Below, in pieces: positions 12,244-24,851 of a stretch of 64,000 bases of DNA; positions within the stretch are counted from its first letter, which is position 1, and the number at the start of each line of letters is the position of its first letter. The stretch comes from Vezdaea acicularis (taxonomy: Eukaryota), in assembly GCA_026025075.1 (NCBI GenBank), contig JAPEUI010000010.1, positions 186,001 through 250,000 on the forward strand. Direction: 5' to 3'. Under the pieces are notes generated by a model that saw only the letters and a program-made list of their open reading frames with translations, was not told the origin of the DNA and did not search any database. The position numbers and the translations under genes are program-made.

Positions 12244-14018
12244 ATGGACTCCGATGATGAAGTAATGTCAGGCTACTCCAGCGCTGATGACGGTGTATTG
12301 GATGCAGATAGTGATGGCAGCTTTGGGGAGAGTGGTAAGCGCCAGCCTAATGTGACATTTTTTATGAATGCTCGAATCCGCTTACTTAAATCTCCTCATG
12401 GCAGATTTCGATGATGAAGAGCCCGAGGTTGATTTTTCTCAAGATAAAGACATCAAGCCTGAGCGGAAAGCGTTCGAAGTTGATTACAGAGTTTACGGCC
12501 CGAAAGATATCCTTGCCATACAAGACAAACAGGTACAGGAAGTTTGCGATATACTTGGCCAGCCTCCCGAGTCAACTGCAATTCTCTTAAGGCGTTATCG
12601 ATGGAACAAGGAGAAACTCATTGAAAACTACATGGACAACGAAGATGCGGTCTTGGAAGAATCTGGGTTAGGCACAAAAAGCAATGAGCAACCCAAATCT
12701 CGAAAGATGAAAGGCTTTACCTGTGGAATCTGCTTAGACGATGAAGCTGGCGTGGAGACATATTCTATGAAATGCGGGCATAGATTCTGCATGGATTGCT
12801 ATCAGACGTATATAGAAGGTAAAGTGGGAGAGGAGGGCGAGGCCACCAGAATCCAATGTCCCAAGGACGGCTGCAAAAGAATCGTTGATTCGAAAACACT
12901 CGACTTTCTCATTCCAACAGAGCTCAAACCTAGGTACTAGGCATTTCTTATATCCTTCTTACAGCAGAATGCTAACATTATCAAATTCTAGGTATAATGA
13001 GCTGCTTACCCGGACTTATGTGGACGATAAAGACAATATTAAGTGGTGCCCAGCCCCAGAATGCATATATGCGATTCAATGTGGAGTTAAGCCCAAGCAA
13101 CTGATCCAGACTGTTCCTACTGTACACTGCACGTGCAAGCATAGTTGGTGTTTTGGCTGCACCCTCGCTGATCACCAGCCTGCATTCTGTTTCTTAGTCA
13201 AGAAGTGGCTCAAAAAATGCGCTGATGACTCGGAGACCGCGAACTGGTTATCCGCAAATACCAAGGAGTGTCCGAACCAGAATTGCAAGTCCACGATCGA
13301 GAAGAACGGTGGATGTAATCATATGACCTGGTAAGTATTCTAGACCGTGTTTAGAGCTATACTAAGAAGGCCTAGTCGAAAGTGTCATCACGAGTTCTGC
13401 TGGATATGCATGGGTAATTGGGCTGAGCACGGAACTAGTTGGTACAACTGTAATCGTTTTGAAGAAAAGTCAGGTAGCGATGCGCGAGATGCTCAAGCCA
13501 AATCACGCCAGTCTCTTGAACGATATCTCCATTACTACAACCGTTACGCCAATCACGAACAATCTGCAAAACTCGACAAGGACCTTTATATGAAGACGGA
13601 GAAGAAGATGACAAACCTCCAGACCACATCAGGAATGTCTTGGATTGAAGTTCAATTCCTGGATATGGCATCACAATCGTTACAGCAGTGCCGACAGACT
13701 CTAAAATGGACATATGCATTTGCATTTTATCTTTCGCGGAACAACCTCACAGAGATTTTTGAAGACAACCAGAAAGACTTAGAAATGGCGGTCGAGAATC
13801 TCAGTGAGATGTTTGAAAAACCTATAAGTGAGCTAGAACGATTGAGAGTGGAGATCATGGATAAGACATCATACTGCAATAAACGCCGTATTATCCTGCT
13901 TGACGACACGGCAAAGAACCTTAGCTGTGGGAAGCAAGCTAAGGTTGAGAGTCTTCCAGATGGTGGAACGCAGACCATTATCGGCGAATGGAAGTTTCAA
14001 AGCGATATGACACGATGA
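12244..14018 (+). CDS. HEL1: Ariadne-family RBR E3 ubiquitin ligase (Hel1/ARI1-like), spliced
   Basis: RING1 CGIC..CGHRFCMDC..CP..GC, IBR WCPAPEC..C.C.H.WCFGC...H, RING2 TKECP..C...IEKNGGCNHMTC, Ariadne domain RYLHYYNRYANHEQS. Confidence 0.9.
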
Positions 14019-14459
14019 ACGTTCTTGTCATAGAACCTGTTGACAACACTACTGCTCTCTATTTTTAGTGATTTAACAATTGCATTGAGCGCTCTTCTCG
14101 CCTCACAGCAATGGAGTCTTGCGGTTCTGGAATACTGTTTGAGATCAGGCGTTGCGGATGTTTCTAGACACGGGAGGCGGATGGCGGCTATGAAGGCCTG
14201 GCATACTGATGAAAGGAACTGCATACTAGCATGCTACCATTTAGCTATAGCGTTTGAGTTGAGATTATAATGGCTATTTGTTTTCCAGTACACATAGTCT
14301 GCATATATTCCGTGATGTGTGAATATCGAGTAGGTTGGGCCTCGTGCATTGGCGAGCATAAAGTGCAAATGTCAGATGTAAACAATACGTCGATGCTGGA
14401 CCCCAGCAAGATCTCCAATGCTACTCTCACCATCTCGTAAAGCCTTCGTGTCCAGTACA

Positions 14460-15881
14460 ATGGCAGCTACTTCGTCCCCCTTCACTAGGGTGGTCGTGGA
14501 CACAATGAGAAAGCTGTGCGTGCTCTATCATTTGCCCGTAGATGGCTCAACCTAAGTGTTCTGCTCTGAATCAGGTATCCGGAGGCTCTTGCAGATAAGA
14601 GCTTTGATAATACAGGCTGTATGGCTTCTAAACTCCAAGCCGGAGCACTGTGGATTGATACTAACGCTTTGTAGTGCTTCTCGAAGCGCCTTATGATCCG
14701 GACCGAAAGCAGCGGAACTCTGTGCTGTTGACGATAGACCTGACTCGAGGTGTTGCGGAAGAAGCAATTCGGAGACAAGACAGTATAATCATCTCTTATC
14801 GTATGTGGCATATTGACTGTCAGAGCTGTGAGACAAGACCCTCTGATAGTTATATAGACCCTGTTATCTTCAGAGGCCTGAAGTCTATCACGACGGCAAA
14901 CAGCCAACAGCTATCATTACTGAAGCTAGTACAAGAGGGGATCAGCGTAAGCATTGCTCTTCATCTGCATGTGGCAGCGCAGGCCTTAACTCAAGCTTCC
15001 AAGTCTTCAATTGAGTACTGAGAGTCCTTCTAGGTCTATAGCCCCCATACAGCTGTCGACGCCATCCCCGCCGGGGTGAACGACTGGCTCGCAAATATCA
15101 TCATGATCGACCCAGCACTCGCCAAAGAGTCCGTCCCTTGTTTCAAGCTTCCTTCAGTTTCCCGCTCACCCATTCCTCATCCTTCGTGACTAACATTGTC
15201 CTGACAGAGAAGACCAATCGCCGGAAGAACTTAACGCGATCGAGCCCGCCCCCGAAGTTGACGGCTTTGAAGACGCCGGGATGGGCAGGCTGCTTATTCT
15301 TAAGAAGCCAGTTCCGCTTGAAGTACTAATAGAGCGTGTGAAACACGGCCTCGGGTTAAAAGCTCGTACGCCATGCCCCTTCTTGTGCAGATTTCTCTGG
15401 GTCGCGTAGCTGATAAGAAGCAGTGCCAATTGCTATACCCTTTGGCACAAAGATAGAAGATCACAGTATCCGGAAGGTGGGCATTTGTGCCGGTTCTGGA
15501 GGGTCGTTGCTCAGGGGCGTCGATGCGGATTTATTGTTCACGGGAGAGTTGGGCCACCATGATGCTCTCGCGGCGGTGGAGAGTGGGAAGGTAGTTTTCG
15601 CCCGTAAGTCCCCCCTCTTTTGTGTCCCATTCATCATCCCTATCGAACATAGCATGCGTAGCGTATATGAGCATAGGCTCCGAAGAAAAAGGCTGACGGC
15701 GTCTGCAGCTTTTCACAGTAATACCGAGAGGGGCTATCTGACTGTCATGCGGAATGTGTTACGTACTACATTGGTGAAAGAGTGGCCGCGCATCATTGAG
15801 GATGAGAACTTAGGGGACGAGAGCGAGCGGGTGCATGTGCACGTTAGTGATCGAGATCAAGAGCCATACATTATTGTTTAA
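14460..15881 (+). CDS. NIF3: NIF3-like protein (GTP cyclohydrolase 1 type 2 family), about 7 introns
   Basis: Spliced LYPEALADKSFDNTGLLL, LLTIDLT, SYHPVIFRGLK, YSPHTAVDA, GMGR, ICAGSGG, TGELGHH and HSNTERGYL. Confidence 0.9.
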
Positions 15882-16304
15882 GGAGAGGGTCATTATTCAA
15901 GGTGCTGGCTGGGGGGCTGAGTATTGTCATTATTTGTGGCGATGGGCGAAGTCTGGCTGCATTGTCCTTCAAGGGGAGCATGAGAACCCCCAATGATAGC
16001 CTGTTTCCTTTGGGACAGTCCTGCGCCCGATCACTGAGCTTTCTCATATAGATTTTGAGAGTACGTGGACTCATAAGAGGTAGGAATATTACCAACGAGG
16101 GCTATTGCCTAATTCAAATTCTTTTTTCGGGTAAGACCTTAAGATACATGAAGATAACACAAGTTCGAAGTCAAATCCCGAATGAATATACGTCCTTTAA
16201 ATGCAGAGGCTATATATGTCCAGATCTTCAGTTCATCTCGTCGTAATTCATTTCTCAAGAGCCCTTATCCAGGAACCAACAAATCAGCAGCCAAGGTAGC
16301 TAAA

Positions 16305-17859
16305 TTACACGTCAAGCATACTTCGGATCTGCTGCGATGGCCGGGAGCTCATGTTCTGGACTGATCGTTCACCGCTCGAATCTGTAGGAGTAGCGCTAGC
16401 TTCTCGAGGCCTTAAAGCCTTCGCGCTATCGCCCTCTCTTCCCACAGGCCTTTCTCTAATTGGGATACCATCCGCGTCCGCCATGGGTACTCTTGGTAAT
16501 ATGTCAAGTTCGATGTTCCTTTGGGTGCTCCTTGATGTCCCGACTCCGTCTCCAACGGTACTTGACATTGCCTTGAGTCTGTCTTCGTCGCTTTGAAAGC
16601 GGTTCGTTACGTGCTGCGACCACCAGTTTGGTCTCTTATGTATACCCAGTTCGGCATCGATCGAAGCCCCTCGCTCACGGCGAGCACGTATGATTACAAG
16701 ATCTTCATTGCGCTCAATGAACCCATAAACCTCAAATATCGCTATTATCAGCAAGTCGGTGCCGAAGCCAAACCCAAAATACCATCCAGGGTTCGAGGTT
16801 GCTTTCAACGGGCTAATGTCCCAGTCAAAGGCAAGGGCGATGAAGTAACCAATCTTGATTAGAGCAAGGGGGACAATCAGCTTGAACTTGGTTGGTGTCT
16901 CCTTAAGGAAGCCTAAGATTTTGCTTTGGAGACCGCGCCTACGATCTTTGTAGTAGTGGATTGAATGTCGTAATGAATAGACAATGGCGCACCAAGCCAA
17001 AAATGAGAAGATGGCACCGGCCTTGAAGCGAGCATTCGTAGCAGCAGGTCTCGCTATATTCTGCAACTGATCAGGAGAACCTTGATACTCGAATGGAGTC
17101 CAGGAGCGAGGTACAACCATGAAGAAATTCTATGGAGATTGAAGAATTAGTCAGGAATGACGGATTCAGAGAAGTTTGGCTTACGAGGAAGATGAAAAGA
17201 TAGAAGATGAGAGGAAGCCAGAACTCAATCCTCGACCTCCTATCATCTTGCCTCATAGCGAAAGGGTCAACATCGTGTAATTTTCTCTCTTGAAACGACC
17301 CCCAATGTCTAACGCCCTCCCAGACGGCTGCCAACAAAGCGTCCTGCATCAAGAAGAAAAAAAAGTTCTGTAAGATGATAGCAAGTCTTTGTAGGTAATT
17401 TCGATCAATATCAATTCCTGTAATCCCTGCTATCATCCCACAAGCAGCGAGGAACAACATCCAGTACCACTGCCATCGCCTTCCAATTGGTTTAAATCTT
17501 TTCTCGCTGGGTAGATATTTACGGCCATGCTTATTTAGGTTCATTAGAGTGAACATGATCGAGACGGCGAAGAGGGACGCAGCGACAAGACCCAGGATGC
17601 CCCGGGTTTTGATCTGATGTATGGGGTCGTAGCATGATGTCGCGTTGATGAAAGTGCCATTCGAGAGGAGTTGAGCAGGTGTGTATTTATCAAAGACAAG
17701 GAAACAATTCGACCCATTCGACAACGTACTGTTTGACCATAGTGTGTAGTTCCAGTAGTTGAGGACTGTACGATTGAAATGCACACCTTTTATCAAAACA
17801 TCGCTCGAGTTTTCACCAGGAGGAAATTGGAGAAGGTCGCGGACATCAAGCAAAGTCAT
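16305..17859 (-). CDS. Fungal multi-pass membrane protein of DUF2434 type, one intron ~17129-17183
   Basis: HFNRTVLNYWNYTLWSNSTLSNGSNC, GRRWQWYW and WEGVRHWGS motifs; several hydrophobic segments. Confidence 0.75.
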
Positions 17860-18661
17860 TACGCAAGACAATCCAAGAAAGTCCCGTCCAGTGATGAGGG
17901 CGAAAAGGAGAAGACCGTGGACCGTAAGATGTTACGCTCATAGGCAGCGACCTAGGGATACAGGGCAGAGAGCTTCACACGCATTACTCCATGTGCTACA
18001 GCTAATCGCTGTTTTCGAGGTGGTGGGGTTCCGGACCAAGCCGGATGACCTTTGTGGGGGGGACGCGATGCTGAAAGAGAGCCAGCCCAGAGCTATTGAG
18101 TTGGGCACTGAGAATATGTATTTGCTGAAATATGAGAGTAGTTCAGCCCGAAATCTTGGCACATAAAGCGATAGCTAACTCGAGCTTGAGAGAAGAGGCT
18201 GGTGGCATCGGGATCTGGTCATCATCGCCAACGGAAGTTCGGCAAGTCTTACGCCGACGTGGCCGAGTCTTCCGCTGCAGGTGACTACTGTAGCGGAAAA
18301 GCGGAGCACTCTAGGCGCCTTCAAGGCACTTGAGCCATTTAATTCAAGACAAAAGTAAACACATTCGGCTTTTCAACGAAAGATATTTCTTAGTGTCAGC
18401 TCTCAAAAGTGTGCTGTGGATCCATGAGTGGATAACTCGACTATGTGGCTCGCACAAGCCCCTCGGAACTGTGGTATTTACACGATCCCTATACATCTGA
18501 CTAGCTTCATATCTCTAGTCAGGGTGGTATTTAGACGCCGTGTCCTCATCCTCCCATAAACAAAATGCAGAACCTAACTCCATTGGAAGTTATCCGTGAT
18601 GTGAACGCCCGCTCTATTTCCGGAAAAATGTAAAATCTCAAAAGCTCACTAAATGAGTCCC

Positions 18662-20553
18662 TTAATTGGTCCCTGTTCGATTCTCGTACTTGCCCCGCAA
18701 TTCATCAACCTCCCGTTGAAGAGCGGAAAGATCTGCCAAAATATCTTTGCTCTCGGCAGTTGAAGCTAGCGGCGCGATGTCTGATCCATTATCAGTTGAG
18801 TATTCTGAAGCTCGCCTGATGCTTCCTTCATCACTTCTTAGGTAAGTTTCAACACTGCTTTTACTTGAACCTCTTCGCCTTGGTGGCGGCGGCGGAGGAT
18901 CCATGGCTGAATTAGGAGGGGATGATGCTTTTGAAGATTTCAGGGCAGCTGTGACTTGTGTTGGCCGTTTTGTCGAGGATATTGAGGAAGACCTAGACGG
19001 GGGTAGCGGCGGTGCGTTGAGCTTGGTCGTTGCTGACTCCATCGAGCTTTGAACAGGTTCAAACAAACTTGAATGCGTCGATTGATTGCTGTATGTACTA
19101 GAAGCTATTGAAGGAGGAAGGCCTGAGCCTGGACCGGCTTTGCGGGTAGGTGGAGGTGGCGGGGGGATGGAAGCCCGCTTGGGTGCCTTAGTCTCGGAAG
19201 CTTCATTGGAAGTTGACTGAACCCCTGGCTCATTCCCAATAGATGGCCCGAGCGCCACTGAGGAAGCTGAAGGAGCCGGCTTTGACATCTGGCTATGTCT
19301 CCGTGCTAACGGTACGGTAGGAGGATCTCTCCGCCTAGAAGGAGAAGTGGATAGCGGCACATCTTTTAGGGAATATTCGCTTCTACTCTCAATAGATGGT
19401 TCGTATCCTTCTTCTGACTCAGGAGTTGTAGCAACTGGTGGTGCAGGTAATGGCTTGTTCAGGTTCGTTGGTGATCTGGGCGAGAGCATTGATTGAGGAG
19501 GTTCTTCGTCTATAGAAGGCGGACGTGCGCTGGCTATTGAAGTTGGGGATCTCGTAGAGCGGTAAGATGATGGTGGCTGTTGTGAAGCTGCTTTGATGAG
19601 CTTTCCGTGGCGTGTCTTAGGCGGAGGTGGTCTTTTCCTTTTCTCAGGCCCTTGTCCGGCCTCCATGAGCCTTTGAGTATCGTCGTCAGACGGAGTCATC
19701 TCATGTGAAGTTCTCGGGGTATCATAGGATGGCTCTCGAGTGGGATCAAAAATTGACTGGCGGGATATGGAGGATGTATCAGTGCTACTTCCACTATCTC
19801 CTAATATACCTGAGGCTGGGTGTGCATATGCTGGAGGCGTGGTCGGATTCTTTTGCGGTAAGGCAGCTGCGTTACCGGTCATAAGAAGCCGTTTGAATGC
19901 ATCAACATCCATAGAGGCCCTCGAACCGCTCGACGAGGGTTGCACCGATGCTCTCTTCGATAGCTCTGGCTCGGTAGCGTTTATTTGTTTCCTCTGGCCT
20001 CCTTCGAGATCGTCTAGAGTGGTTTGAAAAGGGTTTGGGGGGGTCGGTTGTGCGGAGAGTGACTCTGCCATAGATATTGATTCATTTTTCTTGGTATTCC
20101 GCCGAAGCTGCTCGACGTTCTCTTCATCATCCTCTTCGTCCTCCGACAGTGACTCAAAAGGATCATCAGGTGATCTGCCCCCAGGGGCCACTGGGGAAAG
20201 AGATTCTGGTGGTTCGTAATGTGGAGTTAATTTCGAAGTATGTGGTGTAAGTATGCGATCTCTAATTGACGAGTCCGGCAATTTTAAAGAGGGAGGGGGA
20301 GATTTGATGTTGACTCTCTTCGTTTTTGACCCTGTCTTTGATGACTCTATTGTCGAGGTGGTAAGCATATATTGCAACTAGACCTACGAATCAATCGTGC
20401 CTTACCTAAAACGCGAATGGCATCATCTGCTTCAACTTGCGGTCGGATTTGATCGATAGAAGCTATCAATATGGTATCTGGATTCTCAATGCTTTGGGGA
20501 GCTGACGAAGCTCCGCGCCGGAATGGATTGAGTGATCCCAGGTCGCCGGACAT
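18662..20553 (-). CDS. Pro/Ser-rich low-complexity fungal protein with a C-terminal coiled coil. Intron ~20347-20405
   Basis: Long open frame with N-terminal NPFRR, MDVDAFKRLLMTG, PPPPKTRHGK and DILADLSALQREVDELR. Confidence 0.7.
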
Positions 20554-20856
20554 GATGATCACAGCGAAGGAGGCTTGTCATCTGGAATATTTCAGGAGCG
20601 GATAGAATCGATGGGCAATAAAGGTCATGTATTATTAGTGCAGGTTGAACCATCAACTCCATGGGTGGAGCGCCAGTTCGGAGTTTGGGAAAGTTGCATC
20701 CGGCCCTCGCCAAAGCTCCAGGACCGGGCTCCGCAGCGGACTCTTTCATAAAGTAATTGTTCAGAGGGACTAGATCGTTGGACTACGTGCGATATTGGAC
20801 ATGGGCCAACGCTGGCTTTCAAGACGGTTGAATTTGCAGCTATGAACCATATTTGA

Positions 20857-22065
20857 TCATAGCTCTTTGTATACGAGCCAGCCTTCAGCACCTTCATGCC
20901 AGCCTCTTGCAAGATTCCCTCCGCTCTCAGTGGGCTGACTGAAAGCAACCATATCTTTAGTTATAGTAACGCCATATATAAAACTAGTTCTTGCACAGTC
21001 AAGCAATGTCCGAGCAATACCCTGCCGACGGTACAGCTTTGAGGTCCATATGCGCGAAATGCCTAATATCGCAGGGAAAGCCTCTGTACTAACCGATATC
21101 GAAGAACTTTGACGGATCAGCTCCTCTGCGGAGCCTAGCTTTGCAGAGGACTTAGTTGATGTTGAGGCCTTGTATCCTTCAGATATTCTCTCTGCAAGAC
21201 ATAGTCCGATGCACTTGTTCGCCCGAATGTATAAGTAGACCTTATAACGGTCATGAGCAGCTTCTACTGACTTTCTGCGGCTCCATAGTTTCGGTTGGTC
21301 AGCGTCTATTGCCGAAAGTTCTGTGTTAACAACTTTGAGGACTGTATTTGCCTTATTCCTTTCCGCTGAAGGGCTTTTGCTGTCTATGACTAGCACGAAG
21401 GCTCTTGATTTCCTCTTTTCGCTATCTTGTGCCCATTCTTTCAAGATTCTATCTGCGCTTACTCTTTTCGAGAGAGCCTTTCCAACATCTATCCCACCTT
21501 CGTTCATTGCATGAAACTTCTGATGTAGAAGCGCGTCCTCTACATTCGAGGGTATGTACTCCATGCCGCAGGTCTTGCATGCTTTCTGAGTTTCGCCGCC
21601 GAGATCGATTTGCAATTGTTTCAAACTCTTTTTCTTCCCGTGAAGCGGTAGGGAAGCCCGAGCGTTGAGGTCTTTGAGACTTGAGAGTGATCTAGCACGA
21701 CGCCCGCGGAAAGCTGCTTCTGTTCGCCGACGTATGAGTAGAGAGAATGGCGGTCTATGACATGTCTCTGAAAGAATAGGTGGTATGGCTGGCGATGAGG
21801 GCGGTGTTCGAGAGGTTAAATCGAATTCAGCTTTTTTGAGCTCATTAGAAGAGAGAACACTATATCCTTGGAAGTAGGAATCTCGTGGTGATGGAGAGGT
21901 TGGAACCATAGAAATCTCTAAAAAGGGCTTATTTGAAGCATCCAATTCGGTCTTTTCACATTCATCGAAGATCTTGAAGCGCCTTCTCTTCGCTACAAGC
22001 TCTCCATCGTCTGCGAGGGCGCGTTTGTTTTGCCGGGAGTAGGTTTTGAGATGCATGCTACGCAT
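20857..22065 (-). CDS. ECO1: Cohesin acetyltransferase Eco1
   Basis: PIP-like QLQIDLG, C2H2 finger CKTCGMEY...HQKFH, CLAERI, GISRIW...RRQGIA and AFSQPTESG. Confidence 0.93.
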   Translation of the reverse strand: MRSMHLKTYSRQNKRALADDGELVAKRRRFKIFDECEKTELDASNKPFLEISMVPTSPSPRDSYFQGYSVLSSNELKKAEFDLTSRTPPSSPAIPPILSETCHRPPFSLLIRRRTEAAFRGRRARSLSSLKDLNARASLPLHGKKKSLKQLQIDLGGETQKACKTCGMEYIPSNVEDALLHQKFHAMNEGGIDVGKALSKRVSADRILKEWAQDSEKRKSRAFVLVIDSKSPSAERNKANTVLKVVNTELSAIDADQPKLWSRRKSVEAAHDRYKVYLYIRANKCIGLCLAERISEGYKASTSTKSSAKLGSAEELIRQSSSISVSTEAFPAILGISRIWTSKLYRRQGIARTLLDCARTSFIYGVTITKDMVAFSQPTESGGNLARGWHEGAEGWLVYKEL

Positions 22066-22226
22066 GTCGTTAGTAAGTATTCCGGGGAAGGTGAAGGAAC
22101 AGCAATTATTGACCTCGAAGCTGACGATGATGCCGTAGTTTCCATCTCATCTCTTGTAGTGCCTTGACTTGAATTGCGATGTGATGGGATCTGAGAGTAG
22201 GTTTCTACCTACATCGGGTTTAAAGA

Positions 22227-22267
22227 ACGCGCTTGGGGTGACGCGCCGCGGAAACCTCGGTACGCGT
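22227..22267. promoter_or_regulatory. Cluster of MCB-like boxes (two ACGCG, one ACGCGT) ~160-200 bp upstream of ECO1
   Basis: ACGCG at ~22227 and ~22241, perfect ACGCGT at 22262-22267; S-phase cohesion genes are typical MBF targets in yeasts. Confidence 0.5.
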
Positions 22268-22488
22268 AGCCGAGAACCGCCCTCACCCTTGCGCTACATT
22301 AAGCTCAACACCGCAACAAAGTACTTAATCTTCGCTGATTAGATATTGAAGTCTTCCAATGAGCACTATTTCTCTTGGATACGCATTGAGACCCACTCAA
22401 CTCTAGACTAAGTTATTATACATCTTACAATAGCATTTCGATCCTTGACTCGGGCTCTTTAAGTGAATCATCATTCAGCTAGATTTAC

Positions 22489-24366
22489 CTATATTATGTA
22501 CAGAAACCGGGGAGATTCATCCCCTAACTCTGCGATACGCTCTTCGGATAAGCCGGCCGTCTTATAGTCCTCTTTACCCTCCTTACGATCTTGGTTAAGC
22601 TTATTGAGCCAGTACTATAAAGGAGTCTGTTAATATTCCAGCTGCAAAAGGGCGCATTGCGTCCCATTACTTACCCATATGAAGCCATAGATGCAAATAG
22701 CAAAACCTACCATAGAAAGGGAGACGGCATGTCCTTTCACATAACGAGGCGCATCTGTATCAGGATACAACTGTTCCACCTTCATTAGTACTGTACCCAA
22801 GTAACGGCGTTCAGTAAGTATCAGGAGTCTTACAAATGGGGCCATGACGCCTGAGCTATTTCCGATAGTCAATTGAAGTCCCTGGACTCAATGTTCAACA
22901 AGCTTGATCTTTAGCAAGATGCTCTCTTGCTTACCATTGCGGTCGTCCTCTTTCCATACCGAGGGCTGTTGTTTGGTACCCATGCTTCTGGTAGTCCAAC
23001 TGCGACATATAACCCACAAGCTAGACGTCAAGTAAGTGGTCAGGCATTGTTGCTGGTACTTTGAATAGGTGGACCTACCAACCAAGCAGCAGCCAAAATA
23101 ATGTACGCCACTCGACGAGCTGGATATCAATAGTCCATACCCAATCACAGAAATCGAACCGAATATCACACAGTATAATCCTCTCATCTGGCGTTTATCC
23201 GATATATATGAAACGGCCATGTACGTTATCGCACCCAGCGCATAACATGGTACAGTCAATGCCTGGGCCTGAGCCGTGGACCACTTTCCCAATCCCTTGA
23301 TGATCGTCGGAAGGAATGTGCTAAAACCATAAAGCATGGTATCGACGCCAAATTGCGCAAGGCAGAAAATGATGATTTTCCAGTCCAGAAATGCTTTCCT
23401 AACGTCGTACCAGTGAAACTCCTGAGCTGATGCAGTCTGACCAATCTGGCGATTTCGCCTCTTTATCATCAACAGCTTTTCTTCCTCACTAAGATACTTA
23501 GCGGACTGGGGGGAATCTGCAAGGAGGAACCATGTCGCGACACCGACGACAAACGTAGGCATGCCCTCGATAATGAAAATCCACCTCCAGGCTCTGAGCC
23601 CCGCTTTACCATCCAGATAACTAATTCCATAGGCCAAAAGCCCGCCAAAAGCGCCAGCAAGAGCGGCACTTACGAACAGATATCCAATACGCAAGGCCAA
23701 CTCTCTTCTTGTGTAGAAGAGCGTCAGGTACACCGCCATACCCGGGTATAGGCCACTCTCGACAAGACCCAGGAGTAGTCTACATGCGATGAGACTGCCA
23801 TAGCTATGCACGAGCCCGGTGAGCGTAGCAATAATCCCCCATGAGGTTGCTATGAAGGATATGTAACGCGAAGGTGTAAATTTCTTGAGCACAAGATTGG
23901 AAGGGACTTCGAATGTCTTATGGACAACGATAATTTTAGTATAACTCCTCTTCCGAATGACCTGAGAGATTCAGACTCACCACATAAGTCACGAAGAGAA
24001 GAGAAACAGCAACCTGACATCTAATTAGCCCTCCTTGATTATTTGCTTGTCAGACTTCCTCACCAAATACTGATTCCCTGTCAGACCCAGATCCTTCTGT
24101 AGTCCATATAATTTTGCATTTCCAATATTGACTCGATCCAAAAAGCTTAGCAGGTACAGCAACATAACCATGGGCACAATATGCAGGTCTAACTTCCTGA
24201 CCAGCTTCTTCTCTGCAACATGATCTATCTCCAAGTCCAATGCGCCCTCGTAGCCCATCCCTGGCCCTTGCTTCGTCGTGACAGAAAGGGGGTCTCCGCC
24301 ATGGTCGATATCACTGCTGCGGCGGTATTTGCTGGTGGCCTTTTCATCGTCATGGAATTGGTCCAT
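22489..24366 (-). CDS. MFS transporter of the anion:cation symporter family (Tna1/Dal5-like), multi-intron
   Basis: EKKLVRKLDLHIVP..LYLLSFLDRVNIGNA, RLLLGLVESG, FYTRRELALR, WRWIFIIEG and C-terminal ELGDESPRFLY. Confidence 0.9.
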
Positions 24367-24851
24367 GTTGAGAGCGCAATGCGCAATTGATTGGGAACGT
24401 AGGAAAGATGACGATGGTCTAAATCTACAATTTAATAACGGCTAGCTGGGGGATCAACATGCTAGTCCCCGCTGGATGACGATTGGCCACCATCGTATTC
24501 GGAATGCCACTAGGTGGGGTATTTGAAGCATCATGCGGCATAGTAGGCCTTGTTGCGTAACCTTCTCTCTGAACGGGGATCTGTCGTCGCACATGCTGGT
24601 ACTGGGCATGCGATGCTGCATCCTTAACGATTGTGATAACGTGGCTGCGTCAGTGGCTTGCGCAAGGCGCAAAGAAAGTTTAGCGTGTGCGGGTGGATAA
24701 GCTGGTATTGATAACGTAGCCGAGGGGGAGGGGACGGCGATCCTGGTCAAGTATGGTCAAATAGCCTGAATCTACCGTAGTACAAATGATTGATATCACG
24801 TTGACTAACTTTACAACTAAACATTGTAATAATAGCCAATGAAAATACCAC

